From positions 192,001 to 256,000 of the forward strand of contig CAXXMB010000001.1 in NCBI GenBank assembly GCA_963668675.2: a DNA stretch of 64,000 nt, written 5' to 3'. The translations under genes and the position numbers were made by a program. The first letter of the stretch is position 1. Every line of letters starts with the position of its first letter. A model generated the notes under the pieces. The model was not told the origin of the DNA, did no database searches, and saw nothing but the letters and a program-made list of their open reading frames with translations. Origin of the DNA: an uncultured Desulfatitalea sp. GTDB taxonomy: Bacteria > Desulfobacterota > Desulfobacteria > Desulfobacterales > Desulfosarcinaceae. This document shows positions 19,169 through 28,202 of the stretch, in pieces.

Positions 19169-20002
19169 ATGGGAAAAGATAATCACTTCACAGATGAAGA
19201 GCTCGAGGAGTTGCACCAACCGAAAGATGGGGCTGAAGGCAAGGGGTGTTTGATTCGCCATCAACCGCGCACCGAAGATCATCAGTGCTCGCATCAGTGG
19301 CAGGCACGGGTCAAGGCCGAATCGGATGACACGGTTTACAATTACCCCGCCTACAAGAAGCTTTGTGGCTCGGGGAAGTTCAAAACAGCAGCCCGGACGG
19401 CCAGATCAGGCAACCCGTTTCCACGCGATTATGCCGATTTGATAAACGGTGATTACATGAAAGAGAGGCCAACCCATGAGGGCAAAGAGTGGGACCTTGG
19501 CAAGGGGCGGAATTTCAATCATTGGCTAAAACCTTATTGGCACAATGCCCATCACATCATACCCAACACGGGGTTGAAGAGAGCCATCAATGACAGCGCG
19601 GATGAATATGAGGACGCTCGTTTACCGAATATCATCCGTTACTGTCTGCTAAAAGGGTCTTACAATCTGAATGACCAGGTCAACATGATCATTTTACCCC
19701 AGGGAAGGGTCGTGGCTGAGACCCTTGGACTGCCCCGGCACCTTAAAGGAGATGAGGTTGGACCCGACGAAAAGAAAGAGTTTTTTTCTCATTTGGATTA
19801 CAGCCAGAATATGAAGAATAAGATCGATAAGGTGATCGTAGAATACGTTGAATCCCTGGAGTCTGCTTTAGAGAACCATCCCGAGCCACCGACAGCCCTG
19901 TCAAAATCGAAATTGGAAAGAATTTCTAGAATAACATACGACTCCATCAAGAATATAAAACCAGAAGATGCAGGCAAGGCATTATCAGACTTAAACCTAT
20001 AG
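19169..20002 (+). CDS. AHH-family HNH/EndoVII nuclease toxin (T6SS effector candidate)
   Basis: WHNAHHIIP..YNLNDQVNMIILP..LPRH..HLDYS pattern. Confidence 0.82.
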   Translation: MGKDNHFTDEELEELHQPKDGAEGKGCLIRHQPRTEDHQCSHQWQARVKAESDDTVYNYPAYKKLCGSGKFKTAARTARSGNPFPRDYADLINGDYMKERPTHEGKEWDLGKGRNFNHWLKPYWHNAHHIIPNTGLKRAINDSADEYEDARLPNIIRYCLLKGSYNLNDQVNMIILPQGRVVAETLGLPRHLKGDEVGPDEKKEFFSHLDYSQNMKNKIDKVIVEYVESLESALENHPEPPTALSKSKLERISRITYDSIKNIKPEDAGKALSDLNL

Positions 20003-20034
20003 GGCTATGAAAATATTCAACGACGGAGATTTTG

Positions 20035-20625
20035 ATGAGATATTTCCAGATTAATAACTTGGGTGACACACAGGACAGGAGCCTATCCTTTATCAGCAAT
20101 GGTGTTAAAAAAATGGGATTAGCGTCCTATCGGCCGGCCAAAGGAAAAAGAGTTGGTGACAAGTATCCGGAAAATGCAGAGATTCATTTGCAACCGGAAA
20201 ATCCTGGTATCAAACTGCCCAATTTGATCGGAAATACCAAAAGCCATTTAATTGTCAATACTGCCATGAAGGACACCATTCTTGAGTATTGTCCTGGGGG
20301 TGAGGTGGACATTGAGATACTTCCTTTTACGTTGATCAATCATAAGAAAAGGGTCCACAGCAAGGACTATTGGATTATCAATCCAATCGGTACGTTCGAC
20401 TGTGTGAACCGCAGCGCAAGTGAGATCGAGTTCTTGGATGATGAGATAGTTGGAGTAGACAAATATGTATTCGATCCGAAGAAACTGGAGAAAGCACCGC
20501 ACCTGTTTAGAGTACCTGAAGATCCGACCGAGTATTTTATCAGCCAGAGTCTGGCAAAGGCGTTTCAGGAGAAACAGTTTACTAACATTTTCTTGATCGA
20601 AATAGAGCAGTCCGAAGAAGATTAA
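20035..20625 (+). CDS. Imm11/DUF1629-like immunity protein
   Basis: LIVNTAMKD, EILPFTL, DYWIINPIGTFDCVNRSASE, LFRVPE; directly after the AHH toxin. Confidence 0.75.
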   Translation: MRYFQINNLGDTQDRSLSFISNGVKKMGLASYRPAKGKRVGDKYPENAEIHLQPENPGIKLPNLIGNTKSHLIVNTAMKDTILEYCPGGEVDIEILPFTLINHKKRVHSKDYWIINPIGTFDCVNRSASEIEFLDDEIVGVDKYVFDPKKLEKAPHLFRVPEDPTEYFISQSLAKAFQEKQFTNIFLIEIEQSEED

Positions 20626-20652
20626 GTTGAGCTTAGCGACAAAGGTGAATCG

Positions 20653-21375
20653 ATGACCTCCCAGATGTTACCAATGATCATGGCCAACGCGGAATACGAT
20701 TTGAATAAAGGGCTGCCCTTTGTCCAACAAGGCGAAGCAGATAAAAAAATCTACGAACTGGTCTGCAGGGCATATCGCGCGAGGGGTATCTGTCGATTGT
20801 TTCTGGAAGGGTTGCCCGGGCCCCTGCATGCCGATCTGCAAAATAGCGGTAAGACCTACCTGCAGTATTTGAAGTCGGCCCGGGACGACGAGCTTGCTAC
20901 GAGCAAAGGGATATCGTTTTTCGACAGCATCGCGGGTAACGATTTTGAAACCGCGCGCCAAATTGCCGCCCATTCACGCCATACATGGAACAATGACGAG
21001 GAGTATGAAGACGATTTCCTCTATGTTTATTTCCTGATGAAACACTTTTTCATGGACGGAGGCGAAGACGAAATCGAAAAGATACTTCAGATGTTCGCCG
21101 ATCTGGTTGGAGACGAAAGCAGCCCAAGACTCGATGTGTGCCAGGCGTTTGTGAACAGTGACGGTAAGGCCTTTGACGAGGCCTTAAGCGATTTAATTCT
21201 CGAGTATCAAACGTATTACCAGGAAGGATTCGCAAGGGACGAAATTCTGGAAGAGGTTTGGGCCACCGAAGGACATCTGTTTATCGAGGGGCTCGCATTG
21301 ACCCGGCTGGGTGAACTGCTGAAAATGCCGGTGCAAAAAGAGTATGCCCACATTCCCTCGATGGCCCGTTATTAA
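20653..21375 (+). CDS. Imm49-like alpha-helical immunity protein
   Basis: FFDSIA..TARQIA..EYEDDFLY..FDEAL..LFIEGLAL..Y.HIP pattern. Confidence 0.7.
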   Translation: MTSQMLPMIMANAEYDLNKGLPFVQQGEADKKIYELVCRAYRARGICRLFLEGLPGPLHADLQNSGKTYLQYLKSARDDELATSKGISFFDSIAGNDFETARQIAAHSRHTWNNDEEYEDDFLYVYFLMKHFFMDGGEDEIEKILQMFADLVGDESSPRLDVCQAFVNSDGKAFDEALSDLILEYQTYYQEGFARDEILEEVWATEGHLFIEGLALTRLGELLKMPVQKEYAHIPSMARY

Positions 21376-21496
21376 ACCGGCAATTAAATAGGCCAACCTT
21401 TGTCATCCAGGACTTGATCCGGGATCCAGGAACGGTCTGGATTCCGGCCTCCGCCGGAATGACGATTGCTAAGGTAATCAATTGCCGGGTTAATAA
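21369..21496 (+). repeat. MITE/REP-like element, family A, copy 3 (supplies stop codon of the Imm49-like gene)
   Basis: TTATTAAACCGGCAA ... TTGCCGGGTTAATAA; internal GTCATCCAGG..CCGGAATGAC. Confidence 0.85.
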
Positions 21497-21559
21497 GGCA
21501 GCTATGTTGAATAATTTGTGTTGGAGCAGATCGGTACGTCGGGACTTGTAAGCAGGGAA

Positions 21560-22594
21560 ATGGATGCCATGGGATATCCTGAAATTGAAAACAGTCGCCC
21601 TCATGAGGTCAAGCCGCTGTTTCTGACCGATGAAGAGGGCTGCCCGCTGTTTGTGCCGGTGGTCAAGGGAACCTATGCGATCGATGGGAAAAGTGGGGCG
21701 AATGGCGGTCTTTCGCTGGCCCAGGTTCAGGAACCCGTCAACATGGAGGGAGAGTATTGGGGGGATGCGGAGACATCGAGCTATAAACACGAGCCGGAAG
21801 TGGCCTTCGTCAAACCGGCCACGGATGTCATCCTCATCGGTCATGCCCATGCCCGTAAACCCGGCGTTTCAGCGCTTAAGGTCTTGTTGAACGTGGGCCC
21901 GATTCGGAAAACCGTCGCCGTTTTTGGTGACCGCTTCTGGTTCAAAAGTATGGGGATCGCCACTGCGACCAAACCGCAGCCTTTTGAAAAGATCCCGTTG
22001 ATTGCCGAACGGTCCTTTGGAGGGTGGGATCGACGCCATCCGGATCCGGCCAAACACAGTTTCGAACCTCGCAATCCGGTTGGTGTCGGCTTCCATGCCA
22101 AGCGCAGTAATTTGGAAGAGGGGCGGCCATTGCCCAACATCGAATATCCGTCTGCCCGCATGAAGCATTACCGAGACACACCACCACCAGCGCTCTTCGG
22201 ATACGTAAGCCCTCATTGGCAACCCCGGGCCGGCTTTGCAGGCACCTATGACGGTGCCTGGCAGAAGTCCAGGATGCCTTTGCTGCCCAAGGATTTTGAT
22301 CGGAGGTTTCTGTGTGGTGCGCCATCGGATCAGATCGTTCCCGGTTTTCTCCGGGGCGATGAAACGGTTGCCATATCCAATGTTACGATGAACGGCAAGC
22401 TTCGCTTCAGCTTGCCGGCCATACCACCGGCCGTTTGCCGCGTGCGGCTCAGACGGGAGCCGGATCAGCAACTGAAGACCAGGTTGGACACGGTCATCAT
22501 CGACGCCGATGAAATGCGTCTCTATCTGCTTTGGCGCGCTTTTTTAAGGATTCCCAAAGGGTTTGAAGAGGTGGAGGCTGTACAGATAGACTAG
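21560..22594 (+). CDS. DUF2169 T6SS effector adaptor
   Basis: KPATDVILIGHA, VFGDRFW, ERSFGG, RNPVGVGF, PHWQPRAGFAGTYD, LPKDFDRRF, LRGDE, LDTVIID. Confidence 0.92.
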   Translation: MDAMGYPEIENSRPHEVKPLFLTDEEGCPLFVPVVKGTYAIDGKSGANGGLSLAQVQEPVNMEGEYWGDAETSSYKHEPEVAFVKPATDVILIGHAHARKPGVSALKVLLNVGPIRKTVAVFGDRFWFKSMGIATATKPQPFEKIPLIAERSFGGWDRRHPDPAKHSFEPRNPVGVGFHAKRSNLEEGRPLPNIEYPSARMKHYRDTPPPALFGYVSPHWQPRAGFAGTYDGAWQKSRMPLLPKDFDRRFLCGAPSDQIVPGFLRGDETVAISNVTMNGKLRFSLPAIPPAVCRVRLRREPDQQLKTRLDTVIIDADEMRLYLLWRAFLRIPKGFEEVEAVQID

Positions 22595-22649
22595 AACCTA
22601 TCTCAGAAAAGTCTTTTAGCCCAGGATTCATTTTTTGAGACAGGTTCTA
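22592..22649. repeat. 58-bp inverted-repeat element (MITE relic or hairpin) overlapping the DUF2169 stop
   Basis: TAGAACCTATCTCAGAAAA versus reverse complement TAGAACCTGTCTCAAAAAA, 17/19 match. Confidence 0.6.
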
Positions 22650-22683
22650 AAACTTTCAATTATTCTCTAAACGGGCTGCGTAC

Positions 22684-24036
22684 ATGGCTGTTTCCATTCA
22701 TACATTCTATAACGAGCTTTATGAAGAGCACCTCGAAGAGGCTTCTTTCCTATACGAGCAGCGCGACAGTTATTTCCATGACCCTGGTATCTCCTGGATC
22801 GAGATCCAAGATCTGGAAAACCGCTTCGAAGCCCATATCGACGCCCTTGTGATCGGGGGAGACGCGGCGTTGGAGATTTGCGCGGTGCAGACCGCGGAAG
22901 GGGACTCCGGAGAACTGCACGCAGCCATTCGCACCTTCTGCCGGCAACGGCGGATAGATCTGCTCGAGCAGGTGCTGGATGATCTGGACATAGAAGATGA
23001 GGAACGTGTGTCGGCCGCCTGCGATGCACTCAAACACGAGTGGCCAAACACGTGGACTGCAGAGATCGAACGACTGTTCCGGGAGCACCCGGCTGGCGCA
23101 AAGGCCGTTCTGCCCACGGTGATCGGATATCGGAGACTGCCGCTCGACCCACTGCTGGTTAGCCTGTTGTCGGACTGCCCGGAGGCCCATCTTCATGCCC
23201 CGATCTGGTCGCTGGGGCGGCTTCGAACGACGCATCCACCATCCGTAAGTGCGCTGACCCCTTTTCTGGAACACCCTGATCCGATCCTCGGCGCGGCCGC
23301 AGCGTTGGCCCTGATGCGAATGTCCCAGCGCCTGTCTCTAAGCTGTGCAACACAACCTTCCGAAGCCTGCGACTTTCGTACGTTGCTGCAGATCATGCTG
23401 GCCGGCGGGGCACGCGACACCGCTTTCCTGCTGGACCGACTCGGCGAAGGTGCAGGCGATATTGAATTGGCGCTGGGGGTGTTGGGTGATCTTCGCGCCA
23501 TCATGCCGCTCATCCAGCGCCTCGAAGACGACACCGCTGCCGGCAGCGCCGCATTGGCCCTGAACTTGATCACCGGGGCCGGGTTGTACGAAGAGGTGTT
23601 TGTGCCCGATGAGGTCGACCGCGATGAGCTATTGGATCATGAGATCGAAAAACTGGACCGGGGAGAACCGTTCTATCCGCCCGGACAGGCGCCGGGAACC
23701 ACCATCGTGCGACTGTCCCAGGATATGGCGACATGGCACGTCTGGTGGAAGGAGAACAGCAACCGTTTTCGAACCGCTCTCCGTTACCGCAACGGCCGGC
23801 CGTTCACACCGGATTGTCTGCTCGAAAATCTGCGTCACGCACAAAGCCCCTATTTTGTCCGTCAAACCGCCTATGAGGAGCTGGTGGTGCGCTACAAGAT
23901 CGATGTGCCCTTCGAAACCGACATGCCGATCCCTGGTCAACTGACCGCCATCTATCGTATGGCGGAGATCATCTCCCAGGGAAAATCACAATGGCAAGCG
24001 GGGCAGTGGTATTACGCTGCTGATATAGTGAATTAA
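22684..24036 (+). CDS. HEAT-repeat protein (TIGR02270 type)
   Basis: EEHLEEASFLYEQR..LENRFEAHIDAL N-terminus; RYRNGRP; typical last gene of vgrG1b-type clusters. Confidence 0.85.
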   Translation: MAVSIHTFYNELYEEHLEEASFLYEQRDSYFHDPGISWIEIQDLENRFEAHIDALVIGGDAALEICAVQTAEGDSGELHAAIRTFCRQRRIDLLEQVLDDLDIEDEERVSAACDALKHEWPNTWTAEIERLFREHPAGAKAVLPTVIGYRRLPLDPLLVSLLSDCPEAHLHAPIWSLGRLRTTHPPSVSALTPFLEHPDPILGAAAALALMRMSQRLSLSCATQPSEACDFRTLLQIMLAGGARDTAFLLDRLGEGAGDIELALGVLGDLRAIMPLIQRLEDDTAAGSAALALNLITGAGLYEEVFVPDEVDRDELLDHEIEKLDRGEPFYPPGQAPGTTIVRLSQDMATWHVWWKENSNRFRTALRYRNGRPFTPDCLLENLRHAQSPYFVRQTAYEELVVRYKIDVPFETDMPIPGQLTAIYRMAEIISQGKSQWQAGQWYYAADIVN

Positions 24037-24095
24037 CGTCCGCCTGCGTGTCCATGGATAGTGCCCATGGATAGTGACAGGCCGAACCACAGCCC

Positions 24096-24299
24096 ATGAA
24101 TGGAGGAGCTGATGCCATGCTGATTCAATCCGCCGTCGGTGCTCTCTTTATCCTTTTCGCCCTGGTGATGGCCGGCATTGCCATAAAGAACGGCCGAGCC
24201 CCGGACGGACACTGGACCATCGCCGCCCGGACAAGGTTTAAAATAGCCGCTGTCTTTTCCGTTGTAGGGGTTGTCCTGGTAGCGATTGGGATGGCTTAG
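24096..24299 (+). CDS. small two-TM membrane protein
   Basis: Two hydrophobic segments; GGAGG before an internal ATG (probable start ~24117). Confidence 0.5.
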   Translation: MNGGADAMLIQSAVGALFILFALVMAGIAIKNGRAPDGHWTIAARTRFKIAAVFSVVGVVLVAIGMA

Positions 24300-24309
24300 T
24301 TCGGGCTTC

Positions 24310-24470
24310 GTTTTGTACCCAACGCTTAATTTTCTTCCCTTCATCGACCGAAAGTTCGCCCACAAAAACAATATCAATGTATGTCAGATACCAAAGGCCG
24401 ACTTCGCCGATGGTGAAAAGCATCGCATTGGCAGGTTTCACTCCGAAATATTCATGCCCCGGCGGAAGTT
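24310..24470 (-). pseudogene. remnant of a TM2-domain 3' end, paralogous to the end of 26709-27536
   Basis: MLFTIGEVGLWYLTYIDIVFVGELSVDEGKKIKRWV versus MLFTIGGLGLWYVADIVLVLFGELIDDEGKKIRRWV. Confidence 0.7.
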
Positions 24471-24592
24471 TGCCTTAGAAATTTGGTAAGTTAAGCCTAA
24501 AAATAGATAAACAGGTTTGACGCATAGCAGACTTTCTGCCATATTTAATCCCTAACTGGGAAATACTATCGCTTTCTCTTTCTGATATTGAA

Positions 24593-26701
24593 TTGAATCT
24601 CGATGCTGGACGTGAGCGGAGCAGGGGGGACGATGAAGCGAATCTTGTAAGGTTGTTTGACTGTTTTCTTCTTTTTTCGATGGTAACGGCGCTTTGCGCA
24701 TACGACTTCAGCGGTTTAGGGAACGAAGATATAGGAGTATTCAACGCGCAGGGCGACCGATTTCTCGTCAGTTCCGCTTTCGGACAAGACGGCACCTCTA
24801 TTTACTACAACAGCAGCAGTGACCTCGAAGAAGGCATCATCATCAAAGCCGACGGCACCCACCTTGTCAGCTTCGACTTTCAGGAAATGACCTTCAGCAC
24901 CTGCGATGCGAACGAGACCGTCTCCATCTCCATCACCGCAACACTGGTCGGCGGCGGGACCGTGACGCACTCGGTCGCAGGCTATGCAATGATTTTCGGC
25001 AACACGTACGACGGTAGCCGGCGCGTTGTCTTCGCACAACAGGGAAGCACCGGGACCCCCGCCATTGTAAACGGCAATGCCTTCACGGGGCAATCCGATT
25101 TCATCGCGGCCACGGATATCGGTGGCGGTTGGCGCTGCGTCTATAACGATACCGGCCGCACGGTCAACATCACCGGCCTGCGTTCCGATACGGCCTACCG
25201 GTTTGCTGTCTGTGAATACAACGGCACCGGCGGTGGTGAAGCATACCTGACCACCAGCGGAACCAACCTGCTGAACGCTACGACGGAAGGCGTCACCTCC
25301 GCGGTCACCTGCGATTTCAGCAACCTCGGTTCGGCGACGGGGGGCGGCTTCAAACCACAGGGTGGCCGTTTTCTGGTCAGCGAAGGGTTCGAACAGGATG
25401 GTACCGGCATCTATTTCGACAGCAGTGCAGAATCGGAATCGGACATCATCATACGAAGCGACGGTAGCAACCTGGTCTCCTTCGACCTTATCGATCTGGT
25501 CATCTCCCCCTTCCAGGAGGACCGCACCATTTCCCTGTCCATAACGGCGCAGTTGGCCGGAGGCGGCAACCAGAGCCAATCGATCACCCAATTTGCCATG
25601 CTCCATGGCCTTCAATACGCCTTGACGTTCATGGGCATGGACTTCAGCCTATTCGATGATGCTACCGAACTCTCCATCGCAGTTACCATTCACGAAAGCA
25701 GCGTCAACAACTTCTCCTTCGAAACCATCACACTGGATGACATGAAAGCACCCGGCACACCGCCGACGGTCTCGACACAGGCGGTGACCGATATATCAGC
25801 CGATGCGGTGACCGCCAACGGCACCATTGAAACCATCGGAGAGCCTGCGGCCGCGGCCCATGGGTTTGTATGGAACACCGGCGGCGTCCCCACACTGGCC
25901 GATAATTTCTTCGATCTGGGTGGCGTCTCTCAAGGCAGTTATAACAGCACCCTCGCAGGGTTGTCCGCTTATACAACCTATTTCGTAAGATCGTACGCCA
26001 CTAACGTTACCGGCACTGTCTATGGCAACCAGGTGACTTTCACCACAAGTGCCGTCATCCCTGTTGTGGACACCCAGGCGGTCAGTGCCATCGGTGCCAC
26101 CAGCGCTAACGCCAGCGGGACCCTCACCGAACTGGGAGCGCCATCACCCACGGCGCACGGGTTTGTGTGGAACACCTCGGGCAGCTCCACCTTGGCCGAC
26201 AATACGGCCGATCTGGGCAAGGCTTCGTCCACCGGCGTGTTCAACAGGGTCCTCAGCGGCCTGTCGGCTCATACGATCTATTACGCTCGTGCATACGTCA
26301 CAAGCGCTGCCCAAACTCGATACGGGAATGAAATCACCTTCACTATCTATGCACCGCCCATTGCCGCAGCCGGAGGGGACCGAACCACATTATCCGAAGA
26401 GATGGTCACGCTGGACGGCACCGGATCGACAGACCCGGATGGCAGGATAGAGGGGTGGCAATGGATTCAAATAGAGGGGCCGACCGTGGCGCTGTCGAAC
26501 GCCGATACCGCCACTCCGCAATTTGAAGCTCCGCAAGTTGATGACGGCAGCGAGATTATCGTGACTTTAAGGTTGACCGTCACGGACAACGACGGACTTA
26601 CCGCTTTAGACAACTGTCAGGTAACAGTCAGCGCGAACTCATCAGGAGGGGGCGGAGACGACGGCGGCTTTTGCTTTATCGGGACGATCATGGGAAACTG
26701 A
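24593..26701 (+). CDS. surface protein with repeated beta-domains, FN3-like and PKD/K319-like domains and a CFI-box-like C-terminus; 5' end probably frameshifted
   Basis: FN3-like TVNITGL..TAYRFAVCEYNG and GLSAYTTYFVRSYATN; PKD-like VTLDGTGSTDPDG..W.QIEGP; ends GGGGDDGGFCFIGTI; out-of-frame ATG 24633 with GGGGGA RBS. Confidence 0.7.
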   Translation: MNLDAGRERSRGDDEANLVRLFDCFLLFSMVTALCAYDFSGLGNEDIGVFNAQGDRFLVSSAFGQDGTSIYYNSSSDLEEGIIIKADGTHLVSFDFQEMTFSTCDANETVSISITATLVGGGTVTHSVAGYAMIFGNTYDGSRRVVFAQQGSTGTPAIVNGNAFTGQSDFIAATDIGGGWRCVYNDTGRTVNITGLRSDTAYRFAVCEYNGTGGGEAYLTTSGTNLLNATTEGVTSAVTCDFSNLGSATGGGFKPQGGRFLVSEGFEQDGTGIYFDSSAESESDIIIRSDGSNLVSFDLIDLVISPFQEDRTISLSITAQLAGGGNQSQSITQFAMLHGLQYALTFMGMDFSLFDDATELSIAVTIHESSVNNFSFETITLDDMKAPGTPPTVSTQAVTDISADAVTANGTIETIGEPAAAAHGFVWNTGGVPTLADNFFDLGGVSQGSYNSTLAGLSAYTTYFVRSYATNVTGTVYGNQVTFTTSAVIPVVDTQAVSAIGATSANASGTLTELGAPSPTAHGFVWNTSGSSTLADNTADLGKASSTGVFNRVLSGLSAHTIYYARAYVTSAAQTRYGNEITFTIYAPPIAAAGGDRTTLSEEMVTLDGTGSTDPDGRIEGWQWIQIEGPTVALSNADTATPQFEAPQVDDGSEIIVTLRLTVTDNDGLTALDNCQVTVSANSSGGGGDDGGFCFIGTIMGN

Positions 26702-26708
26702 CTTCGGG

Positions 26709-27536
26709 TCATACCCAACGCCTTATCTTTTTTCCTTCATCATCTATCAACTCTCCGAACAGTACGAGGACAATATCTGCCACATACCAAAGCCCAAGTC
26801 CGCCAATGGTGAAAAGCATCACTTTGGCACTTCGGGCTTTCCCGGCATAAAAACGGTGGACACCGAAGATACCGAAGCACAGACATAATATAGCGGCCAA
26901 CAGTCTACTTCTTTTAGATATGAAAAAATCGTTCTTCCCGTCAGTAACCGGTCTGTCTTTGCCCAGATGATCTGTTTTCCATTTTGTGAACTTATGCCTT
27001 ATGTCTTGTGGTGCAAGAATTACTTTATAAGCATGAACCGGCTTTGAACTGACTTTTACCGACTTTTCGCCGATATATTCATACCCTAAAGGCAGTTTGT
27101 CTTCGATTTGGTCATAGGCGGTCCGTGAGATACAGATGCCGCCCGGATCGGCAATCGTCTCCAACATGGCCGCAATGTTGACGCCGTCTCCATATATACG
27201 GTCATCGTCAGCAACAATATCGCCAAGATTGATGCCGATGCGAAACTCCATTCGGCGGTTTTTGGGGAGTCCTGAGTTTTTGGCTTTGAGCTCTTTCTGG
27301 ATGGCAACAGCCGCCTGCACACCTTCTACGACGCTTGCAAACTCCGCCAGAATATTGTCTCCGGGCATATCCACCACCCGACCATGGTGTTGCCGGACCA
27401 GCTCTGTGATCACACCGCGACAGCTGTTCAACATCTCGATGGTGGCCAGTTCATCTTCGCGCATGAGGCGGCTGTAGCCTTTTACATCAGCACTGAGGAT
27501 GGCGGCAAGTTTTCGTTTTACGTATTTATCCTGCAT
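26709..27536 (-). CDS. class III adenylate/guanylate cyclase domain fused to a TM2 domain
   Basis: KRKLAAILSADVKGYSRL, GDNILAEF, FRIGINLGD, GDGVNIAA; C-terminal LCFGIFGVHRFY.GK TM2 motif. Confidence 0.88.
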   Translation of the reverse strand: MQDKYVKRKLAAILSADVKGYSRLMREDELATIEMLNSCRGVITELVRQHHGRVVDMPGDNILAEFASVVEGVQAAVAIQKELKAKNSGLPKNRRMEFRIGINLGDIVADDDRIYGDGVNIAAMLETIADPGGICISRTAYDQIEDKLPLGYEYIGEKSVKVSSKPVHAYKVILAPQDIRHKFTKWKTDHLGKDRPVTDGKNDFFISKRSRLLAAILCLCFGIFGVHRFYAGKARSAKVMLFTIGGLGLWYVADIVLVLFGELIDDEGKKIRRWV

Positions 27537-27567
27537 ATCGTACTACCAGAAAGTCAGCGCTTCTTTT

Positions 27568-28035
27568 TTATTTTTTCGATCTTTTCATCGTGTAATTGCC
27601 AGAGGAGGATCCGAGCGTATGCATGATCGTCCAACTTCCGGACCCCTCAAAATCGGAAAGATTTCCCTTGAACGTTCCATTGGTCGACGATAAACCTTCG
27701 GCCACCGCGGCGTGGCCGTTGAGGTTGGATTCCAAAACGCCGTCCTTGATACTGCCATTCAATGAAAAGTCCGCTTCCCCCGGGCCACCGAGGTGATCTA
27801 CTATCTCACCGACTATATTTCCACTAACCGAGTAGACACCTTTTTCAATTTCTACTCGCCGTAGTGTCATTCTGAGATTTCCACGAGCCTGGCCAGTGAA
27901 TTCCAGCTCCCAGAATTCCGGAACGGCACCTGTTGTCGCATCAGGTGCCATATTCGCACAATCCAACAGACTCAATGAAACAATGAAAACAAAACATAAA
28001 ATCAGGCTGTTTTTCGTTTTGATGATGCTACCCAT
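27568..28035 (-). CDS. exported hypothetical protein (possible lipoprotein)
   Basis: Hydrophobic N-terminus ending LLDC; Gly-rich beta-strand body. Confidence 0.6.
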   Translation of the reverse strand: MGSIIKTKNSLILCFVFIVSLSLLDCANMAPDATTGAVPEFWELEFTGQARGNLRMTLRRVEIEKGVYSVSGNIVGEIVDHLGGPGEADFSLNGSIKDGVLESNLNGHAAVAEGLSSTNGTFKGNLSDFEGSGSWTIMHTLGSSSGNYTMKRSKK

Positions 28036-28202
28036 TCATCAATCCGTAAAAGAAGGTGTAGGACTATTATCCGGGCCTCGCCAAAGAGCCATTAGATATT
28101 CAGCGAGAATGAAAGCGTATTCAAAATCAGTAGAACGCGCTTTTTGTAGCAGAATATTGCCGCAATCACAATCAATGCAGGAATATTAATGGAACGTGTT
28201 TG

